A stretch of DNA of 64,000 nt from an uncultured Planctomycetaceae bacterium (GTDB lineage Bacteria > Planctomycetota > Planctomycetia > Planctomycetales > Planctomycetaceae). Position 1 is the stretch's first letter; the number at the start of each line of letters is the position of its first letter. This document shows, piece by piece, positions 10,696 to 20,230 of this stretch. The position numbers were made by a program, and so were the translations under genes. The notes under the pieces are model-generated. The model was not told where the DNA came from, did not search any database, and saw nothing but the letters and a program-made list of their open reading frames with translations. Location of the stretch: positions 1,024,001 to 1,088,000 of the forward strand of contig CAWFAK010000017.1 of NCBI GenBank assembly GCA_963813715.1, read 5' to 3'.

Positions 10696-12150
10696 TCACT
10701 CGGCCGTGCCGGGGTCCGACAGCAATTGCTTTTCGATCGCCAAGCCCAAGCTTCGCATCTTGGCTCGCAAGGTCGTTCGTGAGATCCCCAGGACTTCGGC
10801 CGCCTGCACCTGGTTGCCTTTCACGTGCCGCAGCACCGTCTCGAGCACCAGGCGATCGACCGTGGTTGTGACCTTTTGATAAATGTCCGATTCGCCGCGC
10901 CGCATCAGTTCGCTCACCATCTCGACTACGCGCAGATTCTCGGAACTCGACTCGGGTCCCGCGGCCTGGCCGGAGGGTTCTTCTCGCAGATGGGAGGGAA
11001 GGCAATCGAGCGTAATCACTTCGGTGGGCGACTGGACGTAGGCGTGCTTGATCGCGCTCTGCAGCTCGCGAACGTTGCCCGGCCACGGGTAAGCCTCGAG
11101 CAGGCGGAGTGCGTCGGGCGCCACCGAGGTCACCCGCTTGTGCAGGTCGCGGTTTAAAGTTCGCAGAAAGTGCGCAATCAACAGCGGCAGGTCGTCTCTG
11201 CGCTTGCGAAGCGGCGGCAGTTGAATCGTCACGACCTTCAATCGATAGAGCAAATCCGAGCGAAACTCGCCGGCGGCCACCTTGCGTTCGAGGTCCTGAT
11301 TCGTGGCGGCAATCACGCGGACGTCGGTGCGAATGGTTTCCTCGCCGCCAACCCGTTCGAACTGCTGTTCCTGCAGCAGTCGCAAGAGCTTGGGCTGGGT
11401 GGCCAGTGTCATGTCGCCGATTTCGTCGAGGAACAATGTCCCCTTGTCGGCCTGCTCGAAGATGCCGATCCGGCGTCGATCGGCCCCGGTGAACGACCCC
11501 TTTTCGTGTCCGAAGAGCTCGCTTTCGAGTAATCCCTCGGGCATGGCGGCGCAGTTGATCGCCAAAAACGGCCCCTGGCTGCGGCCGCTGTGCTGATAGA
11601 TCGCCCGGGCCACCAGCTCCTTGCCGGTTCCGCTTTCCCCCTGCAGCAACACGGGGACGTCGAGCGGAGCGACGCGGCCGATCGTCTTATACAGGTCCTG
11701 CATTTCCGGAGTGTGCCCGACGATGCGGTCGACCGTTCCCTCGTCGGCGACTTCGTCCTCGGCAAAGACAGCCGGCACGTGACGCAGTCGGCTCAATTCG
11801 ATCGCTTTGTTCACCAGCTCGCGCAGTTGATGGAAGTCCACCGGCTTGAGCAGGTACTCGAAGGCTCCCCGCTTGGTCGCCTCGATCGCCGTGTCGGCCG
11901 TGCTAAAGGCCGTGATGATGATCACCGGCAAACGGGGATCGATGCGGCGAATTTCCTCGAACGCTTCCAGGCCCGGCTGATCGGGCAGACGCACATCGAG
12001 AATCACGGCGTCGGGAGGCTGGCGTCGGACGGCCTCGATCCCCAGGCGCGCGGTCCCGGCCGTCGCCACCTCAAGCGTCTCGGAACTCAGGCTCTTGACC
12101 AGCGAGTATTGCAGGTTCGGTTCGTCGTCAATGACGAGCAATCGGGCCAT
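10696..12150 (-). CDS. Sigma-54-dependent response regulator (NtrC/AtoC family)
   Basis: Receiver domain (LLVIDDE, ILDVRLPD); GESGTGKE, ESELFGHEKGSFTGA, LFLDEIG and WPGNVREL motifs; Fis-type HTH. Confidence 0.95.
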   Translation of the reverse strand: MARLLVIDDEPNLQYSLVKSLSSETLEVATAGTARLGIEAVRRQPPDAVILDVRLPDQPGLEAFEEIRRIDPRLPVIIITAFSTADTAIEATKRGAFEYLLKPVDFHQLRELVNKAIELSRLRHVPAVFAEDEVADEGTVDRIVGHTPEMQDLYKTIGRVAPLDVPVLLQGESGTGKELVARAIYQHSGRSQGPFLAINCAAMPEGLLESELFGHEKGSFTGADRRRIGIFEQADKGTLFLDEIGDMTLATQPKLLRLLQEQQFERVGGEETIRTDVRVIAATNQDLERKVAAGEFRSDLLYRLKVVTIQLPPLRKRRDDLPLLIAHFLRTLNRDLHKRVTSVAPDALRLLEAYPWPGNVRELQSAIKHAYVQSPTEVITLDCLPSHLREEPSGQAAGPESSSENLRVVEMVSELMRRGESDIYQKVTTTVDRLVLETVLRHVKGNQVQAAEVLGISRTTLRAKMRSLGLAIEKQLLSDPGTAE

Positions 12151-12193
12151 CAGCACAACTCAGAAGATTCTTGAACGGAAGGACCCCACTTGA

Positions 12194-13723
12194 TCACAAA
12201 CGAGCCGGCACCACCCCCGCGGCGGACATCTCGGCATGCGAAATTGCCGGCAGTCGGACGGTGAATTCGGCCCCACCTTCGGGCCGGTTGACGGCCTCGA
12301 TCTGACCTCCATGGGACTCGACAATCCGCTTGCAGATCGAAAGCCCCAACCCGATCCCGGTCGGCTTGGTCGACACGAACGGCTCGAAAATCTTGGATCC
12401 CAGCTCGCTCGGCAGTCCTCGACCCGTGTCGCGGACGCGGACGGTGACCCAACCAGGCCCGCCGTTGGTCGCGTCTTCGGCCGTCTCGATTTCGACCGAG
12501 ATTGACCCACCCTCAGGCACGGCGTCAAGCGCGTTGAGTACCAGGTTGAGTAGGACTTGCCGCACTTGCCCCATGTCGGCACGGATGGTGATCGGCTGGT
12601 CCTCGGGGGACTCGCAGGAAATCCGCACCCCCTCCCGTCCCGCTCGCGGGTGGACCAGGTCGAGCACTTGCCCGACCAGAAGTCGCAGATCGAACGTGCG
12701 CCGCTCGATCTCCGGCGGTCGGGCAAAATCCAAAAATGTCTCGGCCGACCGTTCGAGCCGGGTGATCTCCTCTTCCAGCACCAGCAGATCGCGGTCGGCC
12801 AGGTTGGGGGGCGACGCCTCGGCCGCCGCCTGCACGAGGATTTTCATCGCCATGAGCGGGTTGCGCAGCTCGTGGGCGATTCCCGCCGCCATCTGCCCGA
12901 CCGCGGCCAACTGCTCGGCCCGCAGCGCTTCGCGGCGGCTTTCCTGCAATCGCTCGACGACGGCCCCGATTTGGTCGGCAATCTTGTGCAGGACAATCTC
13001 GATTTCTTCCAGGCCCGCCTGTGCGGAAAACGTGATCGGCCCCACGATCTCATTCAGTTTTCCGGCCGCGTCCTGAATCGGCAAGCTGAGACGGACGATC
13101 GACCGCGAAAATCCCCGGGCAATTCCGAAACCGGCGACCAAACCCGACACCGGGCCGCAAATGCCCAGCAGAAACAATCCCAGCACGACCCGATTGCCCA
13201 TCAGCAGGTTTTTGGCGTTCGAGTTCTCGATGTCTTCCTCGTTCGTATCCAGGTAAACCTGCGCGGGTTTGAGCAACTTATCTTCGAGCACAGGGATCAG
13301 CTGGTTGATCTTCGGCTTCCGCTCTTCGAGGGAGTCCTTCGCTTCGACGATCTGGTCGAGCTGGTTGAAAAAGTCCGCCGATCCCTCCCGCAACTGGCGG
13401 ACGTCGAGCTTCTCCCGCTCGGTCGCCGCTGCCCCTTCGGCCTCCAGGATCCAGTGATTGATGTCGTTTTTGGCGCCGCTGGCCGACTGGAGCGATTGCG
13501 GATCCCCCGACTTCAAATACTGATTGAGCTCCGTCCGGACGTCCCGAATGCCGATCGCCAGTTTTTCGCCCGCCCGCAGACCGGCGACGTCGAGAGAAAG
13601 CTGGTTGGACACCCCTTTTTGCGAGGTTTTGACCTGCCAGGCCGAAACGACCCCCACGATCAGCGGAATGGCGCTGATCGCGATGACCGGGCCGGCCACC
13701 CGGACAAACATGTTTGTCTTCAC
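12194..13723 (-). CDS. Membrane sensor histidine kinase
   Basis: Two TM segments flank a periplasmic helical domain. H-box AHELRNPL, N-box LNLVLNALDA, DTGRG and GIGLGLSIC. Confidence 0.93.
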   Translation of the reverse strand: MKTNMFVRVAGPVIAISAIPLIVGVVSAWQVKTSQKGVSNQLSLDVAGLRAGEKLAIGIRDVRTELNQYLKSGDPQSLQSASGAKNDINHWILEAEGAAATEREKLDVRQLREGSADFFNQLDQIVEAKDSLEERKPKINQLIPVLEDKLLKPAQVYLDTNEEDIENSNAKNLLMGNRVVLGLFLLGICGPVSGLVAGFGIARGFSRSIVRLSLPIQDAAGKLNEIVGPITFSAQAGLEEIEIVLHKIADQIGAVVERLQESRREALRAEQLAAVGQMAAGIAHELRNPLMAMKILVQAAAEASPPNLADRDLLVLEEEITRLERSAETFLDFARPPEIERRTFDLRLLVGQVLDLVHPRAGREGVRISCESPEDQPITIRADMGQVRQVLLNLVLNALDAVPEGGSISVEIETAEDATNGGPGWVTVRVRDTGRGLPSELGSKIFEPFVSTKPTGIGLGLSICKRIVESHGGQIEAVNRPEGGAEFTVRLPAISHAEMSAAGVVPARL

Positions 13724-14147
13724 GGCGTCACCTCACAGAACATCGCGGCTGACCCGGTTGCAAATCGCCGCTAGCGCGGCTGGCCGAGTTGCAATCCGCC
13801 GCTTGACCGCGGCTAACCCGTCGCAATGCGCCGATCGACGATGGGCGTCTTAGGATATTGTCGCTCATCAGCATTGTCGCATAGTTTCAATTGTCGCACA
13901 GCCGCTCGCGAAAACGACGACCCGGCCTCGCAAACTGAAAAATCAGCGGGTAACGAGGGTCGGCCGGCGGCCGCGAGAGCCCCGCGTCGGCTCGAAATGG
14001 TAGTCGCAGGGCGCTTTGGCGCTTGATGTTCGAGGTTGATATTCTGGGACGAAATTCGGATTAACCGAGAAAACGTCGGCGAGCTTTGCCCGACAAGAAT
14101 TGGGAAACTGCAAGAGATCGGGAAACTGCCACAGAAAGATCACGTCG

Positions 14148-15029
14148 ATGCAGCTCGTTTCGGGGAAGTCGCAGGGCCAGCTCATCATCGTGCATGGCGG
14201 GGCGCCCTCGCGGCTTCCCGCACCGGAAAAGATCGCGGCGGCCGCCCAGGCGCTCGAGTCGATCGCCGTCGCGTGTTTCCCGGAGCTGGCGAAACGCCCG
14301 CCCACGGAGGTCGTCGCCTCCGCGCTTGCGGCCTTGGAGGCCGATCCTCAGTTCAATGCGGGGCTCGGCGGAGCCATTCAGAGCGACGGGGAGGTTCGCG
14401 TCTCGGCCGCCATCATGGACGGGGCCCGGCAATCGTTTTCCGGCGTCATCAATGCGTTGCGGGTGAAGCATCCCTCCGTCATCGCGTTGTCTCTTCAGTC
14501 GCAGAAATCGCGGGTGATCTCGCAGCCGGGCGTGCAGACGCTCGCCCGCGACCTGAAGCTTCCGGACGAAAGGCTGGCCACGGAAGAGCAGTTGGAAAGC
14601 TGGCGGCGGCGGAAGGAAGTCGGTGGCTTCGATACGGTGGGCTGCGTGGTCCGCAGCTCATCGGGTCAGCTTGCCGCGGGAACCAGCACGGGGGGGCGCT
14701 CGTTCGAGTTTCCCGGCCGCGTGAGCGATTCGGCGACCGTGGCGGGCAACTATGCATCCGCGGTCGTGGCGGTGAGCGCGACAGGAATCGGCGAGGAGAT
14801 CGTCGACGACGCCTTGGCGGCCCGCCTCGAAACGCGGTGCCGCGACGGGATGCCGCTCGAAGACGCGGCTAGACGCTGCCTCGACGAAGCCGTGTCGCGC
14901 AATCGTACGTACGGTTGGATCGCCCTGCATCGCAACGGTGATTGGGTCTCGGCCTACACGACGCCGACCATGAGTTTCTGCGTCCGAAGTGAGGCGGGAA
15001 CGCTCGCCTCATCGGCTCTGAAATCGTAG
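14148..15029 (+). CDS. Isoaspartyl peptidase / L-asparaginase (Ntn hydrolase)
   Basis: IVHGGA, FNAGLG, DTVG autoproteolysis site, GTSTGG, GRVSDS and ATGIGE. Confidence 0.88.
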   Translation: MQLVSGKSQGQLIIVHGGAPSRLPAPEKIAAAAQALESIAVACFPELAKRPPTEVVASALAALEADPQFNAGLGGAIQSDGEVRVSAAIMDGARQSFSGVINALRVKHPSVIALSLQSQKSRVISQPGVQTLARDLKLPDERLATEEQLESWRRRKEVGGFDTVGCVVRSSSGQLAAGTSTGGRSFEFPGRVSDSATVAGNYASAVVAVSATGIGEEIVDDALAARLETRCRDGMPLEDAARRCLDEAVSRNRTYGWIALHRNGDWVSAYTTPTMSFCVRSEAGTLASSALKS

Positions 15030-15230
15030 ACCGGCCGGAAGCTTAGATCATGCCACGGCCCTGCCCGCCAGCACCGGTCGCTTGGGCTTCCCTCCGTCGC
15101 ATCGTTCTCCTACCATCGTCGCGCCGCAGAAAAGCGGTCGCCGACCGACCCCGAGCAGCCTGTTCGCGGCGGCCAAACCTCATTCAGCACCAACACATTC
15201 ACAGTCCAGTCAGAGAGCGAAAGCAGGACC

Positions 15231-15842
15231 ATGGCGGAACAGAAAGCGACCAACATCACCTGGCACGAGCACAAGGTTTCCAAGGCCGACCGCAGCAAAC
15301 TCAACGCGCACAAAGGGGCCGTGCTCTGGTTCACCGGACTGAGCGCCTGCGGCAAGAGCACGGTTGCCAACACCGTCGACCACTTGCTGCATTCGCGCGG
15401 CAAGCACACGTTCGTGCTCGACGGCGACAACATCCGCCACGGCTTGAACAAGAACCTGGGATTCTCGGCCGCCGACCGCGCGGAAAACATTCGCCGCATC
15501 GGCGAGGTCGCCAAGCTGTTCTGCGAGGGCGGGACCATCGCGCTGACGGCCTTCATCTCGCCGTACAAAGCCGACCGGGATGCGGTTCGCGCTCTCCTCG
15601 CGCCGGGCGAGTTCATCGAGATCTACGTCAAGGCGTCGATCGAGACGTGCGAGAAGCGCGACCCCAAGGGACTCTACAAAAAGGCCCGGGCCGGCGAACT
15701 CAAGAATTTCACCGGCATCGACGACCCGTACGAAGCGCCGGAGAAAGCCGAACTGGTCCTCGATGCGGACACCAAGGGAATCGATGACCTCGCGCACGAA
15801 GTCGTTGCCTATCTGGAGAAGCACCACATCCTCTCGCTGTGA
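15231..15842 (+). CDS. cysC: Adenylyl-sulfate kinase
   Basis: WFTGLSACGKST P-loop, LDGDNIRHGL, ENIRRIGEVAKL, RDPKGLYKKA and FTGIDDPYE. Confidence 0.96.
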   Translation: MAEQKATNITWHEHKVSKADRSKLNAHKGAVLWFTGLSACGKSTVANTVDHLLHSRGKHTFVLDGDNIRHGLNKNLGFSAADRAENIRRIGEVAKLFCEGGTIALTAFISPYKADRDAVRALLAPGEFIEIYVKASIETCEKRDPKGLYKKARAGELKNFTGIDDPYEAPEKAELVLDADTKGIDDLAHEVVAYLEKHHILSL

Positions 15843-15887
15843 GCGGGAGTTGACTGGGCCGCTGTGATCGCCGCCCGTCCCTGAAGT

Positions 15888-17343
15888 TCACAGCAGCGGG
15901 CCCAGCAGTCGCGCGACATTTTCGAGCAGCCGGACCCCCATCCCGCGCTTCTCCCATCGCACCATATTGAGTGCGCGTGACTTGCCGACGTACTGCGCCT
16001 GCAGGGCTTCGAGCCGGCTGGTGAATTCGCGGTCGTAGATTGCCAGCGTGATTTCAAAGTTGAGGTGCAGGCTCCGCGGATCGAGGTTGAGCGAGCCGAA
16101 CAGGCAGTACTCGCCGTCGACGCAGACCGACTTCGTGTGCAAGAGTCCGCCACGGAATAGCAGGACCTCGACTCCCGCCTCGACGAGGTCGCCCTGGATG
16201 CTGCGACTGGCCAGACGGGCGAGCCGCGAATCGACCTTCTCGGGCACGATGAGCGTAACCTTCACGCCCCGCTGGGCGGAGGAAACCAACGCCTCCATCA
16301 GGGCCTCGTCTGGGACGAAATAGGGCGTCGTCAGGACCAGCCGCTGTTGGGCGCTGTAGATGAAGGCGATCATGATCCGCTCGATGGCGTCCCGCGAATC
16401 GGAGGGACCAGACGGCAGCACCTGGACCGGTGAGGCGGCCAACGGAGGTTGAGGTCGAACGTCTCCCGTTTGCTTTAGCCGCTCGACATCCTCTTCGGTT
16501 TCAATCGCCCAGTCGCCCAGAAACGTTACGCCCAGGGGCTCCACGGCTGGGCCCTCCACGCTCACAACCGCGTCGACCCACTGCCCGACGCCGGCAGACC
16601 GCTTGAACAGACGAGCGTCGACCAGGTTCATGCTGCCCGTATAGGCGATGCGACCGTCGATGATCGCCAGCTTGCGATGGAGCCGCAGGTCGAACCGCAC
16701 AAAGATCAACCGCCACAGCCTCGCTTGCAGCGCCGCCTCGACCATGACCCCCGCTTCGCGCAGGCGCGGCACCCAATCGCTGCGGAGGAATTGGCGGCTG
16801 CCGACGTCGTCGAGCAGCATGCGGCACTTCACGCCGCGCGCGGCCGCAGCCATCATGGCCTCGGCCACGCGATCCGCGAGACCCCCTGCTGTCCAGATAT
16901 AGAACTCGAGGTGACAGGTGCTGCGGGCCTCCTCAATCGCGCGCACCAGGACCTGCAATGCCTCGGCCGAGTTCTCGATTAACGTCAAGCGATTTCCCGC
17001 GGTGACCGGCATGCCCATCGTTTTCTGGCACATCCGCGCGAGCGCCTCGGCGGCGACGGGTTGGGAACTCCAGTCGATCGGGCCAGGCGTGACGTGGTCA
17101 AGCCAACTTTGGTAAGGGGCACTCAGTTCGGCAGCGCGGGCGGCCCGATAGACGCCCAGCCGCAGCTCGCCGAGCAGCAAATAGGCGATCGCGCCCGAAG
17201 AACGGAAACGTCAGGACGACGAACAGCCACGCCAGCGACACGCCGACCGGCAGCCGACGCATGATCACTCGCACCGACAGCCCCAGTCGAAGCACGAGAT
17301 CCAGGCAGACCAAAAAAACCGTCCACCAATTGACGTTCTCCAT
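15888..17343 (-). CDS. cls: Cardiolipin synthase, frameshift near 17195
   Basis: Two HKD motifs (HRKLAIIDG, HTKSVCVDG). The N-terminal TM part (MENVNWW...SLAWLFVVLTFPFFG) is in a different frame. Confidence 0.9.
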
Positions 17344-17496
17344 TCGTCCTCTCGAGTTGGCCGAGTACTCCGATCGGGGTTTGAGCGGGAAGCCGATTCG
17401 CGCGAGTCCTGCGCCGAGCGCGACTTCGCCAATCGATCGGGATTCTAGCGAACGCGGTCGCGAAACACGATTTGGCCGCGGCAAGAAGGCGGCGAT

Positions 17497-18342
17497 TCAG
17501 AACGCGTTGCGGAACTCGCCGGAGCGCAGCCACTTAGAACGGAACAAAGTCCAGATGTCGGCCGCGAGCTGGTCGGTGACGAAGCGATAGGGGAGCCAGC
17601 CGTAGCCGTCGTTGCCCCATTTCGTCCCCCACGAACTGCGGATCAAGAGCGCCCCGCGGGTGGAACGGATTCGCAAGTCGTCGTCGTAGCCGACAACCGT
17701 GACCGCCTGCCCCGTCCGGATCGAGTCGAAGCGGCTGGGAAAGGCGATTTCCGGATCCTCGGTGACGGAGCTGGGAACGCAAAAGCCGAGGGCGCAGACG
17801 AACCCGGCCGCCAATAGGGAGCGGAGCGCGTCCAATGTCTGGCCACCGGATTGCATCGCGGCATCGACCCGCACGTAGCGGACATCGCGATACTCGGTAT
17901 TGAAGGCGTAAAGATAGGGATCGGGAGCGCGCTCCAGGGCATCCGCTGCGTACGGCCAAAACCGCTCGGGGGGCAGGCCGAACTTGAGCGCGGCCTTCAA
18001 CGAAACTCTCAGGCAAGCTCCGCCGCGAGCGCCGTCGCAACCCGAAAATCGCAGCGCGTTGGCGTGTAAAAACAAACGCGACGGGCTGATGACGTGGCCG
18101 GTCGCTCGCCGCTCGAAGTACTGAAACAGGCCCACGCACGCGTGCGCCGAGCTGGTCCCCAAGTCGCCTTGATCCTGCACGGGCAGACAATATTCGCGCC
18201 AATCGACGGTGGTCGGCCGCGCCTGGTTGGATGTGCGTAGGCGATCGAGCATCCGGCGGATGCGCGCTTGGCGAACAGTGAAGTCCCGATGATCGGGAGC
18301 ATCCCGCCGCCAACCACAATCGCAGAGGTCGATCGCGAGCAT
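17497..18342 (-). CDS. C1 papain-like peptidase homolog lacking the catalytic triad
   Basis: VDWR, QDQGDLGTSSA, SRLF, GQAVTVVGYDD and IRSSWGTKWGNDGYGWLPY. The canonical Cys/His/Asn positions read Ser/Gln/Ser. Confidence 0.85.
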   Translation of the reverse strand: MLAIDLCDCGWRRDAPDHRDFTVRQARIRRMLDRLRTSNQARPTTVDWREYCLPVQDQGDLGTSSAHACVGLFQYFERRATGHVISPSRLFLHANALRFSGCDGARGGACLRVSLKAALKFGLPPERFWPYAADALERAPDPYLYAFNTEYRDVRYVRVDAAMQSGGQTLDALRSLLAAGFVCALGFCVPSSVTEDPEIAFPSRFDSIRTGQAVTVVGYDDDLRIRSTRGALLIRSSWGTKWGNDGYGWLPYRFVTDQLAADIWTLFRSKWLRSGEFRNAF

Positions 18343-18722
18343 TCATCCACCACAGGGACGTTGGGAATACCACGTGTGACGGCCACAGCGCAAAAAACAC
18401 GCTGAGGTGGAATCTAGACGCAAACCCATGTCGAAGACTAGTGGGAACCAGGTGAAGCTCGGGTGAAGCTATCGCACTTGAGCTGCCATCGTGGCACGCG
18501 AGCGAAGATGCATCGTGCCGTTGCGATTCGCGTCCCGCGCGCCGCCGTAACTTCGTTTGGCAACCTGCGCAACCACGTCACTCTCTTGTCGCCGCACATC
18601 CACCGTATTCCCACTTCATTGCCACTTGTTGGGGGATCCCACCGCCATGAAGATGGTCAAACACACTTTGCTTGGCACTGCCAGGGAAATCGCATTCGCA
18701 ACACTGTGTCAGTCGTGGGGTC

Positions 18723-18811
18723 GGGTCGGACGTGAGGTCGGGGTCGGACGCGAGGTCGAGGAGAAGTAGAACATGCCAGGTCAGAACGGGTCGGGTCACG
18801 GGTCGGGTCAC
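18723..18811 (+). repeat. GGGTC-rich tandem repeats around the start of the polysaccharide cluster
   Basis: 18-mer GGGTCGGACG(T/C)GAGGTCG x2 (18723-18758) and 12-mer GGGTCGGGTCAC x2 (18788-18811). Confidence 0.8.
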
Positions 18812-20230
18812 AACGGTTCGCACACACAACTCAGCGGCGCGACTTACGCCACGGTGCTTGGCAGCGTTTCGCGGCACCGAGGGAAGCTGCTTGTGTTCGG
18901 GTGCCTGATGCTGGTTGGCGCAGTCGTCCTCGGCGCCGTGTGGCCCAAGACCTACCGTTCCGAAGCCAAGTTGTATGTCCGCCTCGGTCGTGAAAATGTC
19001 GGCATGGATGCCACGGCGAGCCTGGGCCATGAAATTCAAGGCCTGCAGATCAGCCGCGAAGAGGAACTCAACACGGTCGTCGAGCTGCTCCGTAGTCGTT
19101 CGCTGTTGGAGAAAGTGGTCGACGCCGTCGGTCCCGAGACGATCTTGAATCCGTCGAACGCGTCGAGCCAGTCCGCCCCGCCGTCACTGGTCGCCACGCT
19201 TCGCGCCACCGTGAGTCAAGGAGCGCATTGGCTGACCAACGACGAACCGGTCACGCAGCGTGAGCGGGCGATCATCGCGTTGCGGCAGCAGCTCGATATG
19301 CAAAACGTCCGCAAGACCGACGTGATCCTGGTCGCCCACGAGGGCCCGAACGCCGCGGCCTCGCAGAAGATCGTCTCCCACCTCATCAATCTGTACCTCG
19401 ACGAACACGTGCGGATGAGCCGCTCGCCGCACGAACACGCCTTCCTGGCCGAACAGGCCGGTTCGATCAAGAAACAACTCGTCCAGCGGGAAGCCGAGCT
19501 CAAAGCGTTCAAAGACCAGACCGGACTGGCTTCGCCGGCCGAGCAGCGGCAGACGCTTGTCGGACAAATCGGTCGCCTCGAGGACGATCTGAAGACCACG
19601 CTCGCCATGAGCGAGGCAACCGAGGCCGAAAACCGCGAAATCTTCGCCGAGCAAGGCCGGGCCTCCGCCCTCGACGGCAAGGTCCACGACGAGCTGCGAT
19701 TGATGGCCCTCAAAGAGAAGCCGGCTCTGGCCGCCCAGCGAGCCAAGGCCGCTCTCCTGCGGACCCAGCTCGCCGAAGCCAAGGAGCAGTTGCGAGCGCT
19801 CAACGGCAACGAAAACAAGATCACGCAGATGCAGCGGGAAGCTCAGATCCTCGAAGTCAGCTACCGGAAATATTCGGAAAGCCTCGAGCAGGCCCGCCTC
19901 GATGCCTCGCTCGAAAGTCAGCGGATTTCCAACATCAATGTGGCCCAGCCGGCAACCTTGAGCCTCCAGCCCGTGCGGCCGCAGCGGTCGTTGTTCCTGG
20001 CCGCGGGCCTGCTGCTTGCCATCTTCGGTGGTCCGGCGCTGGCCGTACTCTTCGAGACCTACTGGCCGTCCGCGCGACGCGAAGCCGAGCAGCGGCTCGA
20101 CATGCCAGTGCTGACGCCGGCTCCCGCGATGCGGAGATCCGCAGCCGATCGGTGCGTAAGCACCGTTCTCGGGCCGAACGGTGGTGTCGCACGATTGGCA
20201 ACCAGAACTCGAAGAATCGACCAACTATGA
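18773..20230 (+). CDS. Polysaccharide co-polymerase / chain-length determinant (GumC/Wzz-like, no kinase domain)
   Basis: N-terminal TM plus PKTYRSEAKLYV, long coiled coil, ISNINVAQPA..PVRP and a C-terminal TM. Confidence 0.85.
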   Translation: MPGQNGSGHGSGHNGSHTQLSGATYATVLGSVSRHRGKLLVFGCLMLVGAVVLGAVWPKTYRSEAKLYVRLGRENVGMDATASLGHEIQGLQISREEELNTVVELLRSRSLLEKVVDAVGPETILNPSNASSQSAPPSLVATLRATVSQGAHWLTNDEPVTQRERAIIALRQQLDMQNVRKTDVILVAHEGPNAAASQKIVSHLINLYLDEHVRMSRSPHEHAFLAEQAGSIKKQLVQREAELKAFKDQTGLASPAEQRQTLVGQIGRLEDDLKTTLAMSEATEAENREIFAEQGRASALDGKVHDELRLMALKEKPALAAQRAKAALLRTQLAEAKEQLRALNGNENKITQMQREAQILEVSYRKYSESLEQARLDASLESQRISNINVAQPATLSLQPVRPQRSLFLAAGLLLAIFGGPALAVLFETYWPSARREAEQRLDMPVLTPAPAMRRSAADRCVSTVLGPNGGVARLATRTRRIDQL

